64,000 nucleotides of DNA from Lama glama (Eukaryota). Both the position numbers and the translations under genes were made by a program. The notes beneath the pieces were generated by a model. That model searched no databases and was not told where the DNA came from. It saw only the letters and a list, made by a program, of their open reading frames with translations. Position 1 is the first letter of the stretch, and every line of letters begins with the position of its first letter. The DNA lies in NCBI GenBank assembly GCA_028534125.1, contig CM052816.1:1178001-1242000 (forward strand), in the 5' to 3' direction. This document shows positions 50,396 through 63,409 of the stretch, in pieces.

Positions 50396-50450
50396 GTCGC
50401 CCCACCTCTCCCTCCTGCCCTTGAAGTAGAAGCATTTGCAGTTTTATGAC
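50396..50450 (-). promoter_or_regulatory. FABP6: FABP6 proximal promoter GC/SRE-like box and CDX/posterior-HOX-like site
   Basis: GGTGGGGCGAC (50396-50406) and GTCATAAAAC (50441-50450) on the - strand. Confidence 0.5.
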
Positions 50451-50480
50451 AAGGGCAGGACCTGGAGGAGCAGAACCCTG

Positions 50481-50493
50481 AGGTTATTCACCC
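50481..50493 (-). promoter_or_regulatory. FABP6: FXR/RXR IR-1 bile-acid response element
   Basis: GGGTGA-A-TAACCT (AGGTTA-T-TCACCC on +), about 150 bp upstream of the inferred TSS. Matches the known I-BABP IR-1 as recalled. Confidence 0.9.
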
Positions 50494-51872
50494 CGGGGCT
50501 GTGCTGGCTGGAATCCCACGGCCATTCCCAGGAAGGCCAGGGCCAGCTCTGCCATGGGGTTTGAGGCGTCAGCCACCTCTGCCCAGCCCTCCCTCCATTC
50601 ATCCATCCACGCTCTCATCATTCTTCATTTCATCCCTCATTCGGCAACCAAAGTGAATCAGGCACCTCAGCGTGGGGCTGGCACTGAGAAGACAGACATA
50701 CCCCCTTCCCAAAACAGCTTCCAGTCTGGACCAGAGACAAAACACACCTGCCGAGAACTCCCACGCGAGCAGGATGGGATGCGTCCTGGGAGTCATGCAG
50801 ATTGGGGGGTGCTGGGGAGGGAGCGATGACGTCCAGCTGGCCGGTGCAGCTTTGCACAGGAGATGACACTTAATACATGTCTTGAGAGAATCATAGGATT
50901 TGGTTGTTTAAAGAAGCAGTAAGTTTGGAGGAGGCTGAGAACACAGGCAGGCAGCATTCTAAGATGAGGGAACAATGTGATGACAGTGGGAAGGGCCTCA
51001 GGGAAAGGAAACAGTGGGTCTGGCTGCAGCAAAGAGGACTTGCAGGAAAACAGACACCAGATGGGGGCAGAGAATGTGAGCAGAGTCAACGAGTGTGAGC
51101 GGACCCAGGGATCCTGAGCAGGAGGTGGTGCCCGGTGCACCAGAGACCTGCCGGGTGCCAGGCAAGAGCTGGGAGCTTGGCAAGTTTTACTCGGGTCCAG
51201 CTTCACAGCTGGGAGGACTGAGAGTTCAGACCCCTACCTCCTGTCCCTTGTCTGATTCTGGCACCCCTCTGCACCCCAGGACTCCATCTCCTCCATGATA
51301 GCTCCAGCCCTGCCTGTCTGCTGGGACCACAATCTGGATCAAACAGATTGGCCGAGCAAAGTGTGGGGCACTTACAAAGGCTCTCATTCTTCTTATTACT
51401 AATTAAGGACAATTTTGCAAGTCTCTGTCTCCTTTTCCAGGGCCGGCTTTCCATGAATCGCTATCGTTTCTGTCCAAAGCAGAATTCACCACCGTTGCTG
51501 ACCCCCAGATCTGAGGCCCAGTGGTTTCCCAACTGATGAAACCAGCTTGGCCACATTTTGCCAGCCGGCAATCCCCAATCTTAGGATTCCTCCCCCCAGC
51601 CAGGGGTCTTATTTAAACACACACACGCACACTCCCCGCCCCGCATTGTCATCATGATTGTCTGGTACTTAAACTATTATATACATTAAAATTTCAAATA
51701 ATTCAGAGTCCTGGCGGAGACAGTCCTTGATAACAGTTAGTATCTATCTACCCTTCTAGACTTTTAAATGCATACATACACTTTCTTGTATAAATAAAGT
51801 TATATTGTTCTGTCCCTCCTTTTTTATGCCGTGATGTAAGTACATGTCTACATCATTACATAAAGCTATGCC

Positions 51873-51990
51873 AGGGGAGGGTGTAGCTCAGTGGTAGAGT
51901 GTGTGCTTCACATGCACGAGGTCCTGGGTTCAATCCCCAGTACCTCCATTAAATAATAAATAAACCTGATTACCCCCCTCTCCTCAAAAA
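51873..51990 (+). mobile_element. tRNA-derived camelid SINE
   Basis: ggggagggtgtagctcagtggtagagtgtgtgcttcacatgcacgaggtcctgggttcaatccccagtacctcca. Confidence 0.9.
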
Positions 51991-52699
51991 TGAATTTTTT
52001 AAAATAGCACCTTTAATAGTACCTTTTTAATAGCTCCAGAGTATTCTATTGTTTGTATGTTTCATAATTTACATAACTACTGCTGGGTCTTAAGGTTGTT
52101 CCCAACATTTTTCTATTATAAGTAACTCTGAGATAAACATTCTCGTTCTTACCTCTTGGTGTACATGTCAGGTTATTTACTAAGATCAATTGCTAGGGAT
52201 GAATTCCTAGACTTGCAGTTCCTGGAACAAAGGGTTTTTGTAACTATAGCTTATATCTATTACTCTACTGCCTTTCTGAAAGGCTAGAACAGTTCACTCC
52301 CACCTAAATCATACGAGAATTTCCCCTCATTGATAATAGTGAGGAAATAGCAAAGACAAAAATAGCTAACACTTACTGAGTGTTTATCATGTGTTGGGCA
52401 CGACGCTGAACGTTCTGCATGGATTATCTCATTAAATCTTCCAAACAACTCTGTGAAATGTCCCCATTTTTCCAGGGAGGAAGCCAAGGTTCAGAGGAGT
52501 TAAATAACTTGCCCAAAGTCACAGAGCCCCTGTGCATAGTTCATATTTACTACCAAGGCAACTTTCAACATCGTTTAAGGGCATTTCCAAAAATCTTCCA
52601 TAATCCCATTACCCTAACACTGACTGTTTTTTGGTTTTTTTAATTCTCTTTCTCCTTTTTTTCTTCTCTCTCCTTTTCTCTCATCTTTGCTTTCCCCCC

Positions 52700-52815
52700 G
52701 TGGTGAGGGGGGGCAGTAATTAGGTTTATTTATGTATTTAAAAATTTTTTTTTAGTGGTGGTACTGGGGATTGAACCCAGGACCTTGTACGTGCTAAGCA
52801 GACACTCCACCACTC
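52700..52815 (-). mobile_element. tRNA-derived camelid SINE
   Basis: gtaattaggtttattt...gtactggggattgaacccaggaccttgtacgtgctaagcagacactccaccact. Confidence 0.85.
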
Positions 52816-53336
52816 CCACCACTCCATCCTTGCTTTCTTGCTCACTGTTATAATTAATTAGATATATAACAGCCATAATCACTATGTAACTGCCATATTC
52901 CGTTCTCTTTTTCTTTGCTCAGTGTTAGTTTATAGACACAGTCCCTTGTTTCTATAAAGCAGCCATGTTTATTATGAGAAACGGCTGCATAATGTTTGCT
53001 GTTGGACTTTTAGGGGGATCCCAAGCTACCCCATGAAATGAAAGTCCACAGTGAGCTTCTTTATATGTGGAGAATTTTTTTTAAGTGTTTCCTTGAGCTA
53101 AAGCTCCAGGATGGGATGACAAATTTATGGGATCTGGAGCATTCGTATAGCTCTTAACATGTTTTGTCAAGTTGGGACTGAATTGGTTTCCCCCCAGATT
53201 GCCCGGGTGCTGAATTTCTTGGGACTCAGAATTTAGAGCATCGTTAGTAATTTCCCCCAAACAACACCCTTCTCGACATCACAAATTGTGCCACCTTGAG
53301 ATTCTATTTCTTTTCTTTTCAGACAATCTTTATGGC

Positions 53337-53453
53337 GGGGAGAGGGTAGAACTCAAAGGAAGAGCACGTGCTTAGCATGTACAAGACCCTGGATTCAATC
53401 CCCAGTACCTCCATTGAAAAAATAAAAACCCCTAATTACCCCTCCTCTAAAAA
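53337..53453 (+). mobile_element. tRNA-derived camelid SINE
   Basis: gggagagggtagaactcaaaggaagagcacgtgcttagcatgtacaagaccctggattcaatccccagtacctcca. Flanked by tctttatgg repeats. Confidence 0.85.
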
Positions 53454-55039
53454 AGCCTCTTTATGGAGGAAAAGGTTTTTAATTTTCTGATTGTGAAAGT
53501 AATAGACGTTCATAATAGACAATTTGGGAGGAACAAGCACGGATAAGCTAAAAGCTACCTATAATCTCACCATGGGGTCTTATTTTTCAATTGTAAAATT
53601 AATACATACTCAATGTTTAAAAAAGACAAAAGCTCAAAGTGGGATAAAGTAAAGGGGAAAGCCCCACATCCCACTGCATGTCCTTTTCCAGAGCAGCTGC
53701 CGTCAAATTCAGTATATAACCTTCGGGGCATTTCCCACATGCACACAAACATATTTGTGCCTAGTCTGTTTTTCCCCCCTTGTTCTTTTCAACCAAAATG
53801 AAATCCAAACATACTGTTTTGTCTTGCTTTTTTCTCCCCCCTTAGCAATATATCATAGACATTAATGGATCTTACTTCTTATTGGAAACTGAAAACTATC
53901 CCATTCATTATTAAAAGGGACTTTCCAAACAGAAGAAAGCCGCTAAAAGAAAGCATGATGTCACACTGGTCTAGGCATGGGAGAGCAATGGAGTGTTTGC
54001 CATCTCCCTGTCAACCTTGGAGGAAAATCATTTCACAGCAGTGATTGGGATGTAAGGGGGACAAAGGAGACAATTGGTGGTTAAGCTAGAGAGGCTCAGG
54101 GGATGGATGGGGTGTAGTCTCCTGAAATGCCCTGGGGTCTCTAGTCTCAGAGGAAGTCTGTAGTTTGTAGAATCCCGCCTTCATGCTTTGGCCTGCCTGG
54201 AATGACTGCTTACCTTTCACCCGTCTTTCCACATTCAGATTGTGCAACTCCACCTCCTCCAGGGAGCCTCCTCTGATTACTCCAATCTATAGTCTGTCCC
54301 TTACAGGAACCCCCCCGGGTGTGTACCATCTGCTTGTAATGACTCAAGGGGAAGCCTGGGCGTTACAGTTGCATGTGTTAGCCTCCCTGTATGAGCTCTG
54401 AGACTTCAGATTCACAACCTTCATTCATCCAACAGATATTAGCTGAGCACCTACTGTGTGCTAGACTCTGGAACCACCAGGTATCTGTCCTCAAGTCTGG
54501 GTGGTGAGAGACCCAGCCCAGTAAACAGGCAACTACAACGTGGTGTGATACATGAGATAAAGCGGCAAGATTGGAATACTGTGGGAACACAGAGGCAGGA
54601 CCCTGACCACCTCTTCAGGGGCGGGGAAAGCCAATCTGAGAGAAACTGACAACTAAGCCAAAGCCTGGATTTCCTCATTGCTAAGTGGGGATAAAAACAC
54701 CTGCCTTCCAGAGTTTTAATGAGATTAAATGAGGATATATACATAATAGGCTTAGCACAGGATCTAGTCATTTGTAGATACTCATTGAATGATACTGTTA
54801 ATCCCATTCATGGGCAGTTTGTCCAGCCTGTCTGCCTATTGTTTTCAATTACTGTTTATTGTAGCATTAATTTAACTCTTCACAAAGTATGTCTTTTATC
54901 TCCCAATGATATTATCATCCCTGTAAAGGAGGGAGCCTGCATCCCATACTTCCTCATGGGAGACCTCCGACGTTGTTTTATTTGTTCAGATCAGTGTAGG
55001 ATAGGCTGGGAGGATGTGTTTTTCAGAGTGTGGTCTTCC

Positions 55040-55195
55040 TCATACACTGCTGATGGTGCAGGAGGGGAGGGCTTGTGAAAAAATGGAAACCCCTGGGCCC
55101 TGAGCCCCAGAGGTTCTGATTCAGTGGGGCTGGGTGGGGTCGTGGAATCTGCACCTGACAAGTTCCCCAGTGGTGGTGATGCAGCTGCCCTGAGA
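55040..55195. mobile_element. MER5-like hAT fossil
   Basis: ccccagaggttctgattcagtggggctgggtgggg...gaatctgcacctgacaagttcccc. Confidence 0.65.
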
Positions 55196-56059
55196 AGCTC
55201 CAGGCCAGGGGACGTGGGCAAGAGCTGGCAGTTGGACCAGATGGCTCTCCAGACCCCCACCTAACTCCCTTTCCCACTGACTTCTTTCTGCATGGGCAGA
55301 ACTGTTTTCCCCTTAGTGGCTCATCCAAAGTCAGCATCAAGGGCGGGAGGGGAGTGGTAGGGGTGTGGCACCGGGACGCCTGACTCAGCTGTCATCCTCT
55401 CCCCTTCGCTGGGGTCTGTATGTGCGTTTGACCGTCCAGCCTTCTTCCCTCCACGCCCTATCTCTTTTCCTCTTCACCTGGAGTTCAATTAATTGTTCAG
55501 ACACTCATTGAAAACCTTCCAAGTGGGGTAAATGAACCCAAGCTGCTTCCGTAACATAGTGAGGTTTTATGGGGCAATTGAACCAACAGAGCGACCATAC
55601 CTCTGGAGATAAAGAATGACCCCAAGGCTAATCCCCCTGGGTCACCCCAACTTCCCACCTGGACTCTGGCTCCTGCCTCAGATCAGCCGCTTTATTCTGA
55701 GAGGAACTAGTGAAGAAGGTGGGAAATGCAGGTGCTTGAGCCCATGGTCGGAGGAGGATCCCTGGGTCTCCCCCTGACCTCCCTACCCCAGGAATAAATG
55801 ATCCATCAGGGTTACAGATTCCTTGATCAAACCCCCCCTTCCTCTTTTTTCCTCAACCAAGAATCTGAAATGCTAATTGGGGTTGATCCTGGAGTATCGA
55901 GGCTGAATGGGGCGTCTGCTGGCAGTTTATTCCACGATGATTCTCCTAGGCCTGCTCTCAAGGGTCAGAGACTAAGAAATTCAGCATTCCCTTGGAAAGT
56001 CCAGTTGGCACTTTGTTTATCCACAATTGGAACTTAGATTTAGAAATTTACAACTAGAA

Positions 56060-56285
56060 GAGGTGGAGACTCTGAGGTCAGGCTGCCTGGGTTTAAATCC
56101 CAGCTCTGCCACTTGCTGGCTACATGTCCTTGGGCAAGTCTCCCTGTGCCTCAGTTTTCTGATCTGCAAAATGGAGATAATTGCTCCTAACTTAAAGGGT
56201 TGTTATGAATATTAAATGAGTTAATTTTTGTAAAGCACTTTTTTCAGAGCCTGGCACAGAGCGTGTAAGAGTGTGTTAATAAATG
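56060..56285 (+). mobile_element. MIR SINE (one of many; others near 10370, 16630, 41220, 43040, 43720, 46990, 47500, 52370, 56960, 60170)
   Basis: ctgggtttaaatcccagctctgccactt...ccctgtgcctcagttttctgatctgcaaaatggagataat. Confidence 0.8.
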
Positions 56286-57112
56286 TTGCTGGGGTGGGCT
56301 GGCTGTGCAGCTCAGCACCACTCTGTCTGGTCACCAGCTTTGCAGTGACAATTATCTCCGTCATTGCTAAGGTCAGATGCCCCCGAGTTCAGTCCTCATT
56401 CTTGTCTTTCCTCTGAGCACTCACTTCCTTGGTGATTTCATCCAGTCCATGGCTTAAAATGTCATCTCTATGCTGGTGACTCCCAGATTTTTTTTTTCCT
56501 GTCTGAGAGCTCCCCTCTGGACTTACATCAAACTGCCCATCTGACAGCTCCATTTCATGTCTTATGCCATCTCAAACGTGACATGTCCAAAACTCCTTTT
56601 TGTCTACTCTCAACAGAGCCTGCTCCTCCCATGATCTTTTCCATCTCAGATGATGCGGAATCCTAGAAGTCAGTATCTACCGTGCACTCGCAGTGTGCTA
56701 CGTGCTTCATATTAATTATCACCCAATTCTCCCAACCAGTCTCTTGAGTAGGTCCTGATATTATCCCCACTATATAAATGAGGAAACAGGCTCAGAAATG
56801 TCACTGTTAGTTGGCTGAGGAAGCAGTTTAGCTTCAGGTCCTGCACTCGTGTCCTCTAACTGAAAGTAGCAGTTGGATTTGGATGAAGCCCCCAGGCTCT
56901 TGGAGACCATTATTTCTCCTGTGGTACTTAACAAGTGATCCCAGATTGCCAGATACTATGCCAGGTACTCAACACATAGCATCTCATTTAATCCCTGGAA
57001 CAAACTTCCCAGACAGCTGTTATTATCCTCATTTATAGAAAAGAAGGTCTAGGCTCAGAAAGGTTAGGTGACTTGTCCAAGGTCACACAGCTTTTTGTTG
57101 ATGAAGCTTGGA

Positions 57113-57400
57113 ATTTTTTTCCTCTTTTTTTTTTTATTGACTTACAGTTAGTTTACAATGTTGTGTCAATTTCTGGTGTATAGCACAATTTTTCAGTCAT
57201 ACATGAATATACATCTATTCACTTTCATATTCTTTTTCATCGTGAGCTACTAGAAGATATTGTATCTATTTCCCTGTGTTATACAGCATAAACTTGTTTA
57301 TCTATTCAAATATACCTGTCAGTATGTACAAATCTCGAACTGTCCCTTCCCACCCACCTCCCCCCTGGCAACCCCAAGTTGTATTCTATGTCTGTGAGTC
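57113..57400 (-). mobile_element. Young short LINE-1 3' end inserted into a MIR
   Basis: poly(T) plus L1 3' UTR. Perfect 17-bp TSD tgttgatgaagcttgga at 57096-57112 and 57401-57417. Confidence 0.92.
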
Positions 57401-58198
57401 TGTTGATGAAGCTTGGATTTCAACTCAGTTTTCTCTGACTTGAAGCGGTACTTGCCACCACTATCGATGCTGCTGGCTCTCTGATGAAAAGCAAAATGCC
57501 AGTCTCTGGCTCTAATGTCAGAGTCATAACCCATGCGTTCATTCATTCATTCAAAATACATTTACTGAGCACCCAGCTATGTATTAAGGAAGGAAGATAC
57601 ACAGCAGAAGAGAATACAGTCCCCACCCCATTGGATGAAGCTCCCAGCCTGACATCTCGTCCCCTTTCCCCCAGCTCATCCCCTGCTCTTAGCTTCACTT
57701 CCTTTCCTGTCCAGCCCATGGATGCGTCACTTTCTCTGCCAGGACCCTTCAAGTCCTTTGCCCACCTTGGCTTCCCAGGTCCCATCTTGGGACAGAAAAC
57801 CAATTCGTCTCTCTACCTCCCATCCCCAGGACTGCTGGCTACAACCAGGAGAAAAGGTGCAACAGTGAGAACAGTGGGGGTGACAACGCCACCACAAATT
57901 CATGGTCTGCCCTCAGCCAGGTTTTGAACAGCTCAGTGGTCCTTCCCCTCATCACGGGTGGTTCCCAACCCCATTCTTCATGCCACCTACCCTTATCAGG
58001 TCTTCTCCATCACTCCCACCTCCCGAGTGCCCACCCCAGCCATCACTTTGATGTCCATAAAACAATCTGCTGTATGGATATATCACAACTTATTCGATCA
58101 GTCCTCAGTGATTGGACACTTTGGTTAGGTAGGAAAAGATGCACATATGAGAAAACAAAAATGAAAGCCTTATTCAAGACCATGTATTAACATGAATA

Positions 58199-58417
58199 CA
58201 GTTAACCCTCAGACAATGCCAGGGACTAGGGGCACAGACAGTTGGCTCGGTCGAAAATCCGTGGAAAACTTGCCCCCCTCCCCGTATCTGTGCTTCCTCC
58301 ACATTCGTGGACTCAACCAACTGCAGATTGTGTAGTACTTTTCCATTTACTATTGGAAAAAATCCACATATAAGTGGACCCAGGCAGGTCAAACCCCTGC
58401 TGTTCAAGGGTCAACTG
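58199..58417. mobile_element. Tigger2-like MITE
   Basis: Terminal inverted repeats cagttaaccctcagacaa / ctgttcaagggtcaactg with a TA target site on the left. Confidence 0.8.
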
Positions 58418-58689
58418 TGGAATTAACTGAGGCGAGTAGAGTGGAGCTGAACTTGTTCCGGGAGTTCCTGGGTGATAAAGCAGCGGAGGACGGTGACCTC
58501 AGAGTCAGTACCCGGAGACGAGATGGGAAGTCCTGTGGCCACTGGTCTGCAGGGCCACCTCCTCACGGGGGACAAAGCACTTTGCCAGACAGGAAAACCC
58601 CTTGTTTCCTGCTTCTGCTCTGTGTCTCTGCCTGTTCCACTCCCTGCTTCTGAGTTAATGGAATGTCTGACTGGTGCGGACAAAGCCCT

Positions 58690-59590
58690 TTGGGTTGCAA
58701 GTAAAGAAACCCTCTTGGACCAGCTTAGGCCAAAAGGGGAACTTAACAGGTTACAGCATGCATAATTGCTGCTATTTGACCTTTTCGACCTATAAAAACA
58801 GTTTCACATGGTTCAACCTAATTTTTTAAGGCTGCAGAGGCAACTCAGGGAACCCAAAGGGGTGGAAACAGACTTCATGAGGCACTAAAGGAATCTGTCT
58901 CTCTCTCTCTCTCTTTCTCTTTCTCTCTCTCCCCGCCCCCGACTCCATCTGCAGCTTCTCTCTGTGTCCACCTGATTCTCCACACACCTCCTTTCTCTGC
59001 TGTCCACGTGCTGGCAGACAACAGGGCTTTCAGAACAGGCAACAGAAGCCAAGCCAAGAGAGAGAAAATCTGATTGGTCCATCCTGAGTCAAGTGTTCAC
59101 CTCTGGTCCAATCAGCTGTGGGCAGGGAGCCAGATGCTCTTCATCGCGAGCTATGGAAACCGATTTGAACAGAAAAGAAATGTACTGTAAGGATATCAAC
59201 TAGATCACATAATTTTCAGGCTTGGAAAACAAGTAGGGAAATGGCTTTTGTGAGGATCCCGCCGCCAGTACCAGCAAAAGCTGGACTGGAGAGTTTGCAG
59301 CCCTTATCAGCGGTGGCACTGCGCCCTGTCACTGAAGCCACCTTTCCCCTGGGCACTGATCATGGCTCCCACCACCACCAGAATGGATTCTCTTGCCCCT
59401 GCTTCTCTGCAGCTCATTAGGGGTGTCTGATTGGTCAAACCCAGTTCACACGCAGGCACCTCGTGACGGGGTGATGGGAACACGAGTATCTGGCCTTTTC
59501 AGCTTCGTCCTGGAAGGTGGAGTCCATGCAGTGGGGGAGCTCTCTAAACAGAGGCAGGGTGCAGATGCTTCTCCCCACCAGTGGGGTCCT
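58690..59590. mobile_element. Degraded MaLR (MLT1-like) LTR fragments with a (CT)n tract
   Basis: tgggttgcaagtaaagaaacc..., tctgattggtccatcctgagtcaagtg...ggtccaatcagctgtgg. Confidence 0.55.
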
Positions 59591-62500
59591 GAGGCACCAC
59601 CTTAGCCACCAGGTCTGGCTGTACTGAGTAGAGAGGGAAGTGTTTGAAGAAGGGACTGTGGGATGGGCAGATGATCAAAGGTGTCCATGACCGTGACTCT
59701 CCCCAGAGAGCACGTGCTGTGCCCTGGATGAAAGCTTTTCTCCTCCCATCTAGCCCACTCAGGTCTTCCTGTCTTCCACTTGGAACCTGCGCAGGAGAGC
59801 TCAGGATTCAGTTGTTCCCACTGCTTTTCCATCTGAGACCCAAGCAGCCGGAGGGCAGAAATCGGCCTTTTGTTTCTGTGTGACGTGTACAGCGGCAAGG
59901 GCTTTACAAATACCTGCTGGGTGATTCGGGGCTCTTTCAGATGAAAGTACAGACTCTGATTCTTGGTGACAAAATTTTAAAAGGGGAATATTTCTTGGAG
60001 GGTGTGGGGTAGCAATAGAAGGAGCGGAAAAGCAAAACCACGAGACCTCAAGTTAGCCTGTAGCACCAGAGAGCAAGGGGGAAAGAAGACACAGACCCCT
60101 TGGGAAACTGACATCCAGGGACTCACCTTCAACCGCCCTCCATCCTTGCAACCCTCTACCGAAGACTCCGATTCCCAGCTCAGCCAATTACTAGCTGTAT
60201 CACCTGGACAGGTCACTTAACTTCTGTGTTTGAGATTCCTCCTCGTTGACAGAATGGGGCTAACAATTAAACCTGCCTCCTAGAGACATGGGGGCATTGA
60301 TAACTCAATATATGAAGATACTTAGAAAAGGGCCTGGCACCTAGCAAATACTTAGTACATGCTAGCTAATAAAAAAGTACCAGGAGACAAAGTTCAATTG
60401 GCCTAGCTAAGCTGTATCCAACCCCTGGGGGTGGGTCTTGACGGACAGTCTCATGAAGGCCTCTATCCAGCAGTGGGTAGGAAAGGTCTTCAAGGAACAC
60501 GGAAAGGACTTGGAAGGGCTCTTACAGAGGAAGGGGACATGCATGCCATGCAGGCAAGAACCCTAAGTCCTCTCTATAATTTCTCAGCGCCCCAGGACTG
60601 GAAAAGAAGATTGGCCACCCCTACATTTGTGGGTCTAATCCTAGCCAGGCACCAGAGCCAGGAAGGAGGAGGAAGCAAGGAGGTAGATCCAACAACACCC
60701 AAACAACCTCACCTCCAAACTTACAACCAAAGCAGCCCATGACCCTCGAAAAATATTGCTTCAGGCCAAAGTCAGATGCCAAGAGGTCTTCATCCGGTTC
60801 CCTGTGCATTTATTCATCGCCCCCTCTCCTGCCGCTGGCTAAACGTGATTAATTCCTGTGACAGCCACAGGAATCACTCCTAATGAATTTCTAATGATCT
60901 CATTTGGTGTTAATGCGCTATGTAATTCCGCAGGACACTCATTATAATTTAGCCTTATTAAGTCTAGTTATTGGGAACTACTGTTGCTCTAAGCTCACAA
61001 GCAGGAGAAAAGTAATTATCCGGAGCAGGCAGTTAAATTTATGGAAAGGACTGGACATTCAGAGAAGGCCAGCAAGTGGCTGCTCTTATGCTTTTGTCCT
61101 TGGTGTGTACCGCTGTGCAGAGGGGAACCAGCTGTGTGGGTCTTTGTGCTGAGACCCAGGTGCCCTCCCTGACTTTATATTCTGTAATGTCAAAGCTGTG
61201 CAGGCTGCAGGCTGCGTGGTGGGATTTTTAAGAGCCATCCAAAGGTGGCCCTGCCCTGAAATGGTCTACCCCACTTGCCTACTGCTAGGGTCTGAATTTC
61301 CATCTTAGGGATGGATGGATTCCTTTGCACCAGAGGCACTGCTGCAGGTGCAAAAGTGACCTATGGCACACCTCAGGAGTTCACAGAGCGGTCACAGATA
61401 GTTTATCTCATCTGATCATCACAGCATCCCCATCTTATCATTATACCTCCTTGATAGATAAGAGACAGGTTCACACAGGTGACACAACTTGCCCAAGGCC
61501 CCAGGTGCCAGAGCTGGGAACAGAACCAGTATGTCCCCACCCCCAGGTGAGTTCTCTCTCCTGCTCACCTCTCATTTCCTGCCTGGCATGTTTTTTCCCA
61601 CACACGTGACTGAGACTGCCATCTAGATCAGACATTCCTTGAACTGGGAGCTTTTTCTATGATTCTCTTTGCCTGTTTGGTGGGCCTTGGTTCAGAGGAT
61701 GAGAGGCAAGGCTCCCTTGGTAAGGGCAGGTCAGGGCTCCTGAAGACCCCTGCAAGGTTCCATCAATCATGCACAAGTCGATTTCATTTCCCCTTTTGCC
61801 ACTTCTCCCTGAAATTTTCTCCTTATTCCCACTTTCTTACAATCAACTTCTTACTTTTGGCAAAAATGTAGATTACTTTTTTTTTTTTTAGTTGGAAATC
61901 ATTTTCTCCTAGTGATAAAAGTAACATGTGCTTTTTGCATAAAATTCAGAAAAATGCAGCAGAGCTGAAGAACTATAAGGATCATCTGTAATCTCATCAC
62001 TCGGATGTTTTGCGGGGTGGGGGAGCCATCACTCAGATGTAACTCTGTTGTTTAACGTAGAGTTGGTGTGTATATGCTTCCAGACCTTATTATGATGAAC
62101 ACATAAATATACATACCAACATTTTATCCAAAATGGGATCGTACCACATGTGCTGTTTTGGAACTTGCTTTTTACTAAACTTAGAAATGCAAATTTTCTG
62201 AAAGATGAATTTACATTGTCAGTGGATAAATAAAAACGAATTTAACAAGAATGTCCTTGATGACTCCTCTGGGTTATGGGAAGATACAAAAGAGGGGAGC
62301 TTGAGAGAATAAAGTCCAAATACATATGTACACAATCCAGGAAGTTGAAATTTGCTTATTGCTACCTTATCTCCCAGAACATCTTGCTTATCAGTTTGAG
62401 TTAGGTGTTTGCCATGAGAAGACCAATGGAGGGAAGATGAAGGGCTAAGTGCAAGGTTGCTGGGCACCAGGGGTCCCGGGCATGAGCAGATGGGGCTGTG

Positions 62501-63409
62501 GAGTTTCGAGGTCAACTCAGAACCCCGCCGCAGCTCTTGCCCACCTCCCCCAGCCTCATTTTCTGTCACGCCCTGACTGCTACAACCTCATGATCATCAG
62601 AACCCCCCCACACTCACAGTGCTACTTTGCATATATTTTTGCTCTCTACCCGTATTTTCTCTCTGCCATCAATGGTGAAATTTCACTTTCGTGCAATGTT
62701 GAATTCAATTGTTTGCCTACAAGGAGAGCCGAAAGAGCCCCTTGGAGGGCAGAGTGGGTTTCGCGGCAGCAAGAAAGGAGGGGCTGGGTGGGAGAGAGGA
62801 AGCTTTTCTTTCCACTCTGAGGTGGGGACAAGATGACCACAGCCTTCCTTGGTGCCACGTTGAGTTCAGCCTCCGTGACCGCGGGGCTGCCGCGCATCTT
62901 CAGGTCACACTGGACGTGACCTCCTGCCTCCGGGGCCACGTTCTGTTCTCCAGGTCCCTCTTTCCTGACTCTCTCCAGAACCTTCTGTCAGCCCCGGATG
63001 AGGTGCCTTTGGCTTCTGCCAATGGCTTCTCACTGCAGCCATGGAGCCCCCCAGAGCTGTGAAATATGTTTGTTGCGGCTATTCAGACGTGGGCAGGAAT
63101 GGGTGAATCCATGTTGGTATCAGGGTGACCAGTGTGCGTGTCTCTGTGCTCCTCTGGGCACACTGCCCAGGTGTATTGGTGTCTGTGGTATTGTACCCAG
63201 GAGTCGAGTGCATGTGTGAGAAAGGATGTGTGTATGTGTACGTGTGTGCGGAGACAGATCTGTGCTTTCTCTGTGTATACATGCGGAGTATGGTTATGTC
63301 CTGTGTATATGTGAAAATCAGAGTGCACAGTGCTCAGCTGTGACTGTCTGAGTGTGGGCCTGGATTTATTTGTGCACTGGGATGTGGGAGTGTTTATTTA
63401 CTGAGATGA

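Noticed and set aside
51873..51950. tRNA gene-like sequences (A/B boxes) here and at about 10 other sites
   Set aside because: Diverged copies with A-rich/(TAAA)n tails, a shared cctaattacc 3' motif and TSDs indicate SINEs rather than functional tRNAs.
61081..61170. Possible upstream exon of a long FABP6 isoform (minus-strand TWVS resemblance)
   Set aside because: The match is only four codons, with no convincing splice sites or further similarity.
63125..63400. Cys/Val-rich short ORFs
   Set aside because: Translation products of a degenerate (TG)n low-complexity tract.
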